IMG/VR virus record: IMGVR_UViG_3300024581_003238
Location: 15,988-79,987 of that record
DNA from: a virus
DNA length: 64,000 bases
Reading direction: 5' to 3' (one strand)
This document shows positions 1 through 8,791 of the stretch, piece after piece. The notes under the pieces are model-generated. The model was not told the DNA's origin. It saw only the letters and a list, made by a program, of their open reading frames with translations, and ran no database searches. The position numbers and the translations under genes were made by a program. The first letter of the stretch is position 1, and every line of letters begins with the position of its first letter.

Positions 1-1
1 A

Positions 2-172
2 AAGAAAGAAAGAGGTTTATATGAATTTAGAGTTGTTGTTTCTAACGACCCTGAAGATATAGATGCCAATACATTAAGAGGTAAGATTTATATCAAACCA
101 ACTAGATCTCTCGAATTCATTGATGTAGAATTCTTAATTACTCCAACAGGAGCATCATTTGAGAATATCTAA
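2..172 (+). CDS. Tail sheath protein, C-terminal fragment (5' end outside window)
   Basis: Frame 2 reads KKERGLYEFRVVVSNDPEDIDANTLRGKIYIKPTRSLEFIDVEFLITPTGASFENI*. The IYIKPTRSLEFI motif is typical of the T4 gp18-like sheath C-terminus, and the gene lies directly upstream of the tail tube gene. Confidence 0.9.
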   Translation, partial: KKERGLYEFRVVVSNDPEDIDANTLRGKIYIKPTRSLEFIDVEFLITPTGASFENI

Positions 173-189
173 TAATATAAAAAGGAAAA

Positions 190-211
190 GGGAGGGTCTA
201 ACGACTCTCCC
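190..211. terminator. Stem-loop after sheath gene (possible terminator or processing hairpin)
   Basis: GGGAGGGTC-TAAC-GACTCTCCC forms a 9-bp stem with one G-U pair. It is preceded by an A-tract and has no U-tract on +. Confidence 0.45.
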
Positions 212-399
212 CTATCCAAAAGTAAAAATTGAGATGACCCCAGTATATACTGGTTTAATTAATACTAGATTTAATATATTATATATTTAATATCCTATAT
301 TTCATACTAGTACTTACTGGGTAATAAAAAAATACGGAATTAAATTGACAATGTCAAGTAGTTCTTAAATAAAAAAGAAAAATATTTCGTGAAGAGATA

Positions 400-407
400 T
401 ATTTATA
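400..407 (+). promoter_or_regulatory. TATTTATA putative late promoter (tail tube)
   Basis: The same octamer recurs upstream of at least 12 genes, mostly structural (see findings). Confidence 0.7.
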
Positions 408-441
408 ATAATAGAATAACAAATATAACAAAAATACAGAC

Positions 442-930
442 ATGGCAGATTTATTAATGAAAATGCCGGTTCCTTACGAACCGAAAAGAGTTAACCGATT
501 TATCGTTAGGTTCCCTTCATCATTGGGTATTAACGAGTGGTATGTAACATCAGCGGCTAGACCGAGTGCAAAAATCAACTCAGTAGAAATTCCTTTCTTA
601 AATACTTCAACTTATGTTGCAGGTAGATTCGTATGGAATGAATTAAGAGTTAAGTTTAAAGATCCAATCGGACCATCAGCGTCTCAAGCGTTAATGGAAT
701 GGTTTAGACTACACGCAGAATCAGTAACAGGAAGAATGGGTTATGCTGCGGGGTATAAAAAAGATATTGAATTAGAAATGTTAGACCCAACAGGTGTTGT
801 AGTTGAAAAATGGATACTACAAGGAACATTTATTACTGATTTAAACTTTAATGAATTAGATTATAACAACGACGCATTAGCAACAATCGATTGTTCGTTA
901 AGAATGGATAGATGTATCCAAGTATACTAA
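442..930 (+). CDS. Tail tube protein (T4 gp19-like)
   Basis: 162 aa directly after the sheath; motifs YVAGRFVW, MEW...GY...YKKDI.LEMLDPTG.VVEKW.L.G.F are typical of contractile tail tubes. Confidence 0.9.
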   Translation: MADLLMKMPVPYEPKRVNRFIVRFPSSLGINEWYVTSAARPSAKINSVEIPFLNTSTYVAGRFVWNELRVKFKDPIGPSASQALMEWFRLHAESVTGRMGYAAGYKKDIELEMLDPTGVVVEKWILQGTFITDLNFNELDYNNDALATIDCSLRMDRCIQVY

Positions 931-955
931 AAAATTAATCTGTCGAAATATTTTT

Positions 956-985
956 AATGGAGGTCCAATAGGGTCTCCATTTTTA
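956..985 (+). terminator. Intrinsic terminator after tail tube
   Basis: ATGGAGGTCC-AATA-GGGTCTCCAT hairpin followed by a T-tract. Confidence 0.75.
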
Positions 986-997
986 TTTAATTAAAAC

Positions 998-1026
998 TTT
1001 ACTTTTAACTATTTAATAGTTACATT
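998..1026 (+). promoter_or_regulatory. Sigma70-like promoter TTTACT-N17-TACATT
   Basis: 17-nt spacing, with the ATG at 1035 only 8 nt downstream. The same architecture occurs at 15789, 55733, 57111 and 61729. Confidence 0.5.
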
Positions 1027-1034
1027 TAATCAGT

Positions 1035-1790
1035 ATGGAAAATAATGAATATAGAATAGACCCTACAGTACAATACGATGTGGTCGAACTACCAAGTAGA
1101 GGGATATATTACCCGAATGGTACAAAGGCACTAAAAGTATCGTATTTAACCGCTGCGGATGAAAATATCTTAGCATCACCTAACTTAGTTGCTACAGGAG
1201 ATGTTATAGGGGAACTACTAAAAAGAAAAATTTTAAGTAAGGATGTTCCTGTTGAAGATTTAACAAGAGAAGATAAAGAGGCAATATTAATATTCCTAAG
1301 AAACACCGCTTTTGGTTCAGACTTAAAGTTAATTCTAAAAGATCCATCAAATAACGAAGAATTTGAACATGTGGTAGATCTAAGTGAACTATCATATAAA
1401 GAATTTAATCTAACACCAGATGAAAACGGAGAGTATCCATACTTTATGGAAAAATCTAAAGTGGATATCACATTTAAGTTTTTATCACCAAAAGAAGAGG
1501 ATGAGTTAGAAGAAATTAGTAAAAGTTGGAATGGTATTGGTTCACCACCAATAATTACTAAAAGATTAGAAAAACACATCCAAAGTGTAAAAGGTAATAA
1601 AGATCCTATGAATATAAGAAACTTCATAGAGACATTACCCATTGTAGATTCACAAGAATTTAGAAAATACGTCAATAAAGTAAAACCAGGTGTTGACTTA
1701 GTTCAACACACCATCGCCCCATCAGGAGAAAAAGTCAGTTTTAGAGTGGACTTTGGGGTAGAGTTTTTTCGTCCTTTCTACGGAATATAA
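1035..1790 (+). CDS. Tail assembly chaperone / baseplate hub assembly protein (T4 gp26-like)
   Basis: Lies between tube and tape measure genes; motifs VELPSRG..Y, LT..DE.IL, D..AILIFLR..AFG; ends FGVEFF. Confidence 0.75.
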   Translation: MENNEYRIDPTVQYDVVELPSRGIYYPNGTKALKVSYLTAADENILASPNLVATGDVIGELLKRKILSKDVPVEDLTREDKEAILIFLRNTAFGSDLKLILKDPSNNEEFEHVVDLSELSYKEFNLTPDENGEYPYFMEKSKVDITFKFLSPKEEDELEEISKSWNGIGSPPIITKRLEKHIQSVKGNKDPMNIRNFIETLPIVDSQEFRKYVNKVKPGVDLVQHTIAPSGEKVSFRVDFGVEFFRPFYGI

Positions 1791-1923
1791 AACAGCGCAG
1801 TTTACTGAAACTTTATTTTTATTAAGAAAAGGGTTCTCACACAGAGATGTGTTAGAGATGCCAATTTTTATGCGTAGATACTATGTTGAGAGAATTATAG
1901 AATTAGAAAAATCTTCTGACTAG
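1762..1923 (+). CDS. +1-frame extension of the tail chaperone (G-T / gp51-like), probably made by frameshifting
   Basis: The frame is open from 1762 (after TAG 1759-1761) to TAG 1921-1923, with no ATG until 1858. It encodes FVLSTEYKTAQFTETLFLLRKGFSHRDVLEMPIFMRRYYVERIIELEKSSD and overlaps a GAG TTT TTT CGT slippery site. Confidence 0.65.
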   Translation, partial: SFFVLSTEYKTAQFTETLFLLRKGFSHRDVLEMPIFMRRYYVERIIELEKSSD

Positions 1924-1934
1924 TATTTATCTAT

Positions 1935-3716
1935 ATGGACGGATTAAAAGAAGCACAAGAACTAGGTAAAAAATTCCAAGAGGGTACTATTACTAAGGAA
2001 GAATACGAAAAACAGTTTGCACGACTTGCTGAACAAAGTAAGAAAAAAAATACTACTTCGGATTTGAGTGATTTTAGTATTGTCAAATCTGTTGGGACAT
2101 TAATCAGTTCCGCAAGACTTCAACAATTTGCACCTGAAGAGATTGATACTTTGGCATCTTTAGCTAAGAATTATAATGCGTCGGGTAAAGGTGCGACGGG
2201 AACTATGGGTGATGTTCTTAACTCCTTAATAAAAACATCATTCGACGGTATTGGTGATTATATTAAAGAACAATCCTACTTACTCACATTCGTCAATAAA
2301 GAGTTAGGTTTAGCGGGAGATTTATCAAAAAACTTTAGAGAAAGTGTCTCAGAAGCACAACCTGATTTAGTGAGAATGGGTATTCCTTTTAAGGACATGT
2401 CCGAATCTGTGGGTAAACTAATAGAAGATACAGGTAGGTTTGCGTTAGTTGGTACGGATATGTTAGTACGTGCGGGTGAAGTAGCCGCAGCTTATGGTAT
2501 GAAAATGTCTGAAGTAATCGGTGCTTATGATGATTTTGAAAATGTGGGTATCGGAGCAGCGGATGCACAGGAAGCAATAGCAGACGCGGGTAAACGATCT
2601 TTAGAACTCGGACTACAATCAAGACAGACTATTGAGGGAATGATTGAGAATGTTGGACAACTAAATCAGTTTGGTTTCCAACAAGGTGTTGAAGGACTTG
2701 AAAAGATGGTTAGAAGATCAACCGAAATAAGAATGAGTTTAAGTGAAACATTTAAAGTAGCGGACAAAGTCTTTTCACCAGAAGGGGCATTAGAACTATC
2801 GGCAGAATTAGGGGTTTTAGGTGCTGCGTTTGGTGATTTCAATGATCCGTTACGACTTATGTATATGGCAACTAACGAAGTTGAGGGACTACAAGGAGCG
2901 TTAGAGGGTGTAGCATCCAATTTAGCGACATACAATATAGAGACAGGGGCGTTTGAAGTTACAGGTGCGAATCTAAGACAGGCAAGAGAAATTGCGAGTA
3001 AATTAGGTATCGACATGTCTGAACTTACTAAGTCAGCAATTGCACTACAAGAACGTCAACAGGCGGCATTATCCTTAGAAGGTTTAAATATTAATGAAGA
3101 GAACAAAGAATTCTTAACTAACCTATCAAGAATGAAAGATGGTGAAATGTCAATTGACTTACAAGCCGCAGGTTTAGATAAGGAATTCGGGATGAAATCG
3201 ATTAAATTGAGTGAAGTAAACAATGAAGTTGCTGAAAAATTACTTTCATTCCAAGACGAATTTAAAGATAAATCAGAAAAAGAACTTATAAGAGAACAAG
3301 TAACTTTAATTGAAAATGTGAGTAGGGACGTTAACTACTTAGCCACATTGGCGAGATTAAGGGTTGCGGGTGTTGCGGATGAGACCGTAAAATTACTTTC
3401 TAAGATGGATGCTAAAGATGCGGGTACAGAATTTAGTTCAATGCTCGGTAAAGGTACTGACGAATTAGTAAAATTATTTGGTGAGGGTAGTGCTAAAATT
3501 GCGGATATGGCGAGGGAAACTTTAGGAATTGAAGTAGCAAAAGATTTTAAAGTGATGAAAGACGCAACCACAACAGAGACAAATACTGAAACAAAAACAG
3601 TTAAAGTAGAACACACAGTTAACGCTACAGATGCGATAAGTGGATTCTACCAAAAAGAATGGTCCTTAAACCCTGAAAGATGGGTTCAGGGTAAAGGTTA
3701 TTTAGATCCTAATTAA
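1935..3716 (+). CDS. Tape measure-like protein
   Basis: 593 aa, helical Ala/Gly/Leu/Glu-rich, in the canonical position after the chaperone pair. Confidence 0.65.
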   Translation: MDGLKEAQELGKKFQEGTITKEEYEKQFARLAEQSKKKNTTSDLSDFSIVKSVGTLISSARLQQFAPEEIDTLASLAKNYNASGKGATGTMGDVLNSLIKTSFDGIGDYIKEQSYLLTFVNKELGLAGDLSKNFRESVSEAQPDLVRMGIPFKDMSESVGKLIEDTGRFALVGTDMLVRAGEVAAAYGMKMSEVIGAYDDFENVGIGAADAQEAIADAGKRSLELGLQSRQTIEGMIENVGQLNQFGFQQGVEGLEKMVRRSTEIRMSLSETFKVADKVFSPEGALELSAELGVLGAAFGDFNDPLRLMYMATNEVEGLQGALEGVASNLATYNIETGAFEVTGANLRQAREIASKLGIDMSELTKSAIALQERQQAALSLEGLNINEENKEFLTNLSRMKDGEMSIDLQAAGLDKEFGMKSIKLSEVNNEVAEKLLSFQDEFKDKSEKELIREQVTLIENVSRDVNYLATLARLRVAGVADETVKLLSKMDAKDAGTEFSSMLGKGTDELVKLFGEGSAKIADMARETLGIEVAKDFKVMKDATTTETNTETKTVKVEHTVNATDAISGFYQKEWSLNPERWVQGKGYLDPN

Positions 3717-3761
3717 TTTGAGGTATTTTGATCTTAAATCTATTTATATTAAAAAGAAATT

Positions 3762-6700
3762 ATGCCGAGTTACTTAGATTTTGATTCTACTAGTCAATTT
3801 AGGAATAGTATTTTAGCGAGGACCTTACAACAACCTAATGGTCCCCAAACATTTACTAGTTCTGCATATTCGGTTGAAAATTTAAATGACCACTCAAATA
3901 CAGATCAGGGAGATGTAGATGATAACATAAGTACCTATCTATCTGTACCTCAAAATTCAAACACATTTACCACAGAGAACTTCAATACAGTTGAGAACTT
4001 AAGGAACTTAACTAGAATTGATAATTTAGGTCTATATCCTGAATATTTTGTCCAAGGAAGTTATAGTAATTTAATTAGTATAATGACCACCGACAATTAC
4101 GATAGTGAATCTCGATTAATGAGATTTGCTGCAAGACATATAAAGGAGAACAAACAAGGACCTGTTCTTGCGAGGATTACACAGAATTTAGTTGCGGCAA
4201 CTTACGGTAGAGTAAGATTAATTGACGCTCTTGAAGGTAATTTATCGACAGCAGTAAATATAGTTACAGGAAGAGAAGGGTTAATAGAAAAAAATTATAA
4301 GGTAACTGTTGCAAAAACAGTTGCAGGTAAGGCGATTGACTTCTTACAAACAGTTGCGGGTGTTGAATTCCCATGGAGTGAAATACCTGGTGATTATCTT
4401 ACAAACCCAAGAAGACCAACAGTAAATAGACCTGAAGCACAGACAGGTTTAGGTGCGATCTTACAAGATGTGACGGGAGCGTTAGGTTCTCTGATCGGGA
4501 TCCAAAGAAGACCTAAATTATCAAGAAAACCGTCAGACCTAATGATTGAATATTTAGGATCAGGTCAGAAGGACGTACTATTCGATAATCTAAGTTACTC
4601 AACATACGCACCTAACTATACTAAAACCGCAAGATCACAACAATCATCTAAATTATTCAGTTTTATAGATAAGGTTGGTGATGCAATAAATGATGTGTTA
4701 GGTCAAGGTGCTCCAAGAGGAGTCGCGTACATAGGTGACGACAGAGGGGAAGACGTTAAATACGCTATGGGTGATTTTAATGATAACATAGTTAGAAGTA
4801 GTTATTATTTAAGTTTAATGTTTGATCCTGTTCAGACACAACTATTTGAAAGACAAAGATCTTTGGTTGAGGGAGGTCAAATAGGTGGTAGATTAACATG
4901 GTATAGTAGTAAATCACAAAACAAGTTAGGTGAAGGTAATCTCGAATACAACGTTGAAAGATCCCAATTAGAGGAAAGTCTATCAACAAACTATGGGTTC
5001 AGAAGTGATTCTATTTTAGGTAAAACACAAGAATTACTTGAAACGATGCCATCAGATGGTGGTGCCGCAAGATCACATGTTGCAAACGCGATGGACCAAA
5101 CAAGTAGAATATTTAGAGAAGGTAATGTAATGTTATCAAGAGGATCCGCAGTAAAATATGTAGATAAATTTGGGGAAGAGTCGGGTGTAGAATATTGTAG
5201 AGTTTGGACAAAAGATGATCCATATATGAATATGTCTGACACTATGAAACGAACAGGTAACATAAGAAAGTTCGATTCAAGTGTTATGACTACACCTTGG
5301 AATCTAAACATGGCACCTATGTCAAATGGAGAAGGTTCATTTGAGGGTTCGACAAATATATTACCATTAGAAGGTGGTGGTTACGTTGCTAAAAAGTATA
5401 TGTTTTCTCTTGAAAACTTAGCATGGAAAACATCTACACTACCTGGTTTCACATATACGGATTTACCTTTTTGTGAACGAGGACCTAATGGAGGTCGTGT
5501 TATGTGGTTTCCACCATATGACATAAAAGTATCTGAACAAAATAACGCGAGATGGGAAAGTAATGTTTTCTTAGGAAGACCTGAACCGATTTACACATAC
5601 CAGTCAACAGAGAGAAGTGGACAAATTTCATTTAAGGTTGTTGTCGATCACCCTAGTATACTAAACCTACTTGTTAGTAAGGTATTCAAAGGAATGTCAG
5701 ATGAAGAATCCGATAACTATATAAACGCGTTTTTTGCGGGATGTAAAGAATTAGATTTCTATGAACTTATTAGAACATATACTACATTAACTAAAGATGA
5801 TATTAAAACCATAAAAGATTATTTAGAGGCGGATAACCCTGATACAGAATCTATAACTAAATACAAGGTTGAAGTTGACGATAGTGAAGTAGAAACACCT
5901 GATCTAAGTCCCATAGAACAAAAGGTAGAGGTAGAAAAAATTAATTTATATTTTAAAAATGACTTCCCAAGAGCAGGGAGTAGTGCTGTAACGTGTGGAA
6001 CGACATTCACTCAGGAGTACGAAAGTTATGTCGGTAACTCAGGATCTACAGTTAATCCAAGTGATAGGACTTATATGAAAGATTTGGAAAATGGTTTAGA
6101 TTTAGTTTTTTCTTCTCCATTGACGGCAAGTAAAAAGAATGATATAAAAGTTCTTTTTGGTAGAAGTGATGTTACGGGAACAACCGATGATAGAAACTTA
6201 GTTAAATCAAAAATAGAAGCAGGATTCCAAAGACTATCTTCAGATTACGAAAAGTATCAAGGTAAAGTTAATAGTATAAAGGAAAGAATTAAAAATGGTG
6301 AACTTAAAGATGTAACTATTAAAATATACACAAGTACATCATCTATTGCGGATAACGATTACAATGTTAAACTATCGGCAAGAAGAGCTCATAGTATTTT
6401 TAAAGACGTGATGAAAGGTATAAGTGGTGATGAACACGGTGACGATTTCTCAACCATAGTTCCACCATCAGGTCAAGGAAGTGTTACACAAAAATTAAGT
6501 TATACTTTTGAAGAATTAGGGTTTGAAGGAGTTGAAGGAGGATTATTCATAGGATATGTCGGTAATGGTGAAGATGTCGTTAAAACAGAGAATATCTACG
6601 GTGGTGGTGATGTTAATATTGATTGTCACAGTGATGAGATTAAATCTAACAGTGCGTTAAAAAGAACCGCACCTGTAACTTTTTATTGTAGACACGCAAC

Positions 6701-8468
6701 GGTCGAATTTGAAGAAACTCCGATAGACAAATATCCTGACCCACCAGAAACACCTAAGGTTAAACTAACACCTGATGGTAAGATAGAACCACCAACAGTT
6801 AAGAAACCACCAATTAATGAAATGAAGAAAATAATAATGAAGACTCTTTCTGAGTGTTATTATTTCAAGGTAATGGAAGAAGATTCTCCTGTCACGTTTA
6901 AGAGTTTGACAGAAAAACTAAAGTACTTCCATCCGGCGTTTCATTCAACAACACCTGAAGGTCTTAATTCAAGATTAACTTTCTTACTACAGTGTGTAAG
7001 ACCTGGAGATACAATACCATTAAAAGGTATCGCGGATAATAATGATATAAACGCGAGGAATACAAGTTTTGGACCTCCACCAATATGTGTAGTTAGAATT
7101 GGAGATTTTTACCATTCAAAGGTTGTGGTGAGGGATGTTAATATTAATTACGATGAGGGTGTATGGGATTTAAATCCTGAAGGTATAGGTGTACAACCTA
7201 TGATTGCAAATGTGACGTTACAAGTAAACTTTATTGGTGGTCAAGGTTTAGAAAAACCTGTAGAACGACTACAAAATGCATTATCGTCTAATTTCTTTGC
7301 AAATACAGAAATGTACGACCCAAGATCTATCGGAACAAGTAATATAGATGGGAAAGATCCCGAAGAGTTCACAAAAGAATTTTTGGAAAGTTTACAAACC
7401 GCATCCACATCAAATTCAACACCTGAGGCGGAAGATATAGTTGAAAATGAAATCACCCAAGGTAAGTTCATCGGTGGTTCAGGAGAGACCCTTTCTTATG
7501 GTGAGATTGTAACTGAGTTAAATAGTGATATACCTAGTTATTTTGAGACATATGTAACTTCATATAATAATGTTTTAAAGGAATTCGGTCCTCATATACA
7601 TTCATTGGCGTTTTCCCCCGATTATAGAAAGATTAATAAGTTCGATGTCAATACGACAACAACATCGTCAAGAGAAATAACAATGTTTGGTGAGTTTGAT
7701 AAAATAAGGACTTTAGATATTTTCTTAATACAACTTAAAACAAAACTTGTCACATCGATAGAAACAGAAGACGTATCAACAATGTTTAAATTTCATAGAT
7801 TTTTAAATGATCCAAAAATGGAAAGATCTAATGAAATATTGAGACCTAAATTGAGAAAATTAGTTGAGGATAAATTAGACTCTTTATTGACCAATGAATC
7901 TATTGTAAATTTAAAAGGTAAAAGAAATAAAATAACTAATAATTTAGATAAAATAAATTATTTAACTAAATACGTTAGTGATGGTAAAATAAATGAAGGT
8001 AATGCAACACAAGCAAATCTTTCAGGTTTTACTTATGAAACGGTCTATTCTGAGATTGATCATATGATGGATTATTTTGATAAAAATTATGACAAGTTCG
8101 AGAAGAAAATAGACACGACATACGATTTTAACAATCTTTCAATGGATGTGGATACACTAAATGAAATATTATCCTTATTATTATATGGAAGTGAAAGTAA
8201 GTTGAAAAAAATATATGAAGTTGATACTACTTTATTTCCAACTAACATAAAAAATAAAATTGATAAAAAGATCGATAAGTTTTTTGATGAAACTAAAGAA
8301 GAAAGAATAAGACTTTCTAAGTGGAAACCAAAGAAAAACAGTTCCGATCTTACGTTTAATGTGATTGATGAGGTACCGATTACTGATGATACACAAAAAG
8401 AAACATTAACAAAAGTCCATTCGAGTAAGGGTGAGCTTGGATCTAAATTAAATCATTACAAACCATGA
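3762..8468 (+). CDS. Large baseplate/tail-tube-initiator protein with internal OmpA-like domain
   Basis: 1568 aa. Tube-initiator-like segments (W....FLGRPEPIYTY...ERSG.ISF; PPPICVVRIGDFY...INYD...WDL) flank YNVKLSARRAHSI, an OmpA C-terminal-like signature. It precedes the LysM/gp53-like gene. Confidence 0.55.
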   Translation: MPSYLDFDSTSQFRNSILARTLQQPNGPQTFTSSAYSVENLNDHSNTDQGDVDDNISTYLSVPQNSNTFTTENFNTVENLRNLTRIDNLGLYPEYFVQGSYSNLISIMTTDNYDSESRLMRFAARHIKENKQGPVLARITQNLVAATYGRVRLIDALEGNLSTAVNIVTGREGLIEKNYKVTVAKTVAGKAIDFLQTVAGVEFPWSEIPGDYLTNPRRPTVNRPEAQTGLGAILQDVTGALGSLIGIQRRPKLSRKPSDLMIEYLGSGQKDVLFDNLSYSTYAPNYTKTARSQQSSKLFSFIDKVGDAINDVLGQGAPRGVAYIGDDRGEDVKYAMGDFNDNIVRSSYYLSLMFDPVQTQLFERQRSLVEGGQIGGRLTWYSSKSQNKLGEGNLEYNVERSQLEESLSTNYGFRSDSILGKTQELLETMPSDGGAARSHVANAMDQTSRIFREGNVMLSRGSAVKYVDKFGEESGVEYCRVWTKDDPYMNMSDTMKRTGNIRKFDSSVMTTPWNLNMAPMSNGEGSFEGSTNILPLEGGGYVAKKYMFSLENLAWKTSTLPGFTYTDLPFCERGPNGGRVMWFPPYDIKVSEQNNARWESNVFLGRPEPIYTYQSTERSGQISFKVVVDHPSILNLLVSKVFKGMSDEESDNYINAFFAGCKELDFYELIRTYTTLTKDDIKTIKDYLEADNPDTESITKYKVEVDDSEVETPDLSPIEQKVEVEKINLYFKNDFPRAGSSAVTCGTTFTQEYESYVGNSGSTVNPSDRTYMKDLENGLDLVFSSPLTASKKNDIKVLFGRSDVTGTTDDRNLVKSKIEAGFQRLSSDYEKYQGKVNSIKERIKNGELKDVTIKIYTSTSSIADNDYNVKLSARRAHSIFKDVMKGISGDEHGDDFSTIVPPSGQGSVTQKLSYTFEELGFEGVEGGLFIGYVGNGEDVVKTENIYGGGDVNIDCHSDEIKSNSALKRTAPVTFYCRHATVEFEETPIDKYPDPPETPKVKLTPDGKIEPPTVKKPPINEMKKIIMKTLSECYYFKVMEEDSPVTFKSLTEKLKYFHPAFHSTTPEGLNSRLTFLLQCVRPGDTIPLKGIADNNDINARNTSFGPPPICVVRIGDFYHSKVVVRDVNINYDEGVWDLNPEGIGVQPMIANVTLQVNFIGGQGLEKPVERLQNALSSNFFANTEMYDPRSIGTSNIDGKDPEEFTKEFLESLQTASTSNSTPEAEDIVENEITQGKFIGGSGETLSYGEIVTELNSDIPSYFETYVTSYNNVLKEFGPHIHSLAFSPDYRKINKFDVNTTTTSSREITMFGEFDKIRTLDIFLIQLKTKLVTSIETEDVSTMFKFHRFLNDPKMERSNEILRPKLRKLVEDKLDSLLTNESIVNLKGKRNKITNNLDKINYLTKYVSDGKINEGNATQANLSGFTYETVYSEIDHMMDYFDKNYDKFEKKIDTTYDFNNLSMDVDTLNEILSLLLYGSESKLKKIYEVDTTLFPTNIKNKIDKKIDKFFDETKEERIRLSKWKPKKNSSDLTFNVIDEVPITDDTQKETLTKVHSSKGELGSKLNHYKP

Positions 8469-8791
8469 GTCGAGAATATTTCAATAGATATAGTTTCTTT
8501 GAAGAAGATGGAGATTTTAAGATAGTGCCAGGTATAGAGATACCAATAAGAACTACGGACAAGTATGTACAATATAAAAAGGGGAAGGATAGATTCGATA
8601 AGATTTCTCAAGAATATTACAATACTCCCGTTTTTGGTTGGTTGATATTACAGGCAAATCCATTGGCGGGTAGTATAGAGTTTGAAGTCCCAAATAACTT
8701 CACACTTAGAATACCTTTTCCATTGGTTGGTGCTTTACAAGAATATAAAAAATCAGTAGAGTTGTACAACTTATATTATGGCGACGAATGA
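8465..8791 (+). CDS. Baseplate wedge LysM-like protein (T4 gp53-like)
   Basis: 108 aa; DRFDKISQEYYNTPVFGWLILQANP...LRIP matches the LysM/gp53 pattern. Confidence 0.75.
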   Translation: MSREYFNRYSFFEEDGDFKIVPGIEIPIRTTDKYVQYKKGKDRFDKISQEYYNTPVFGWLILQANPLAGSIEFEVPNNFTLRIPFPLVGALQEYKKSVELYNLYYGDE

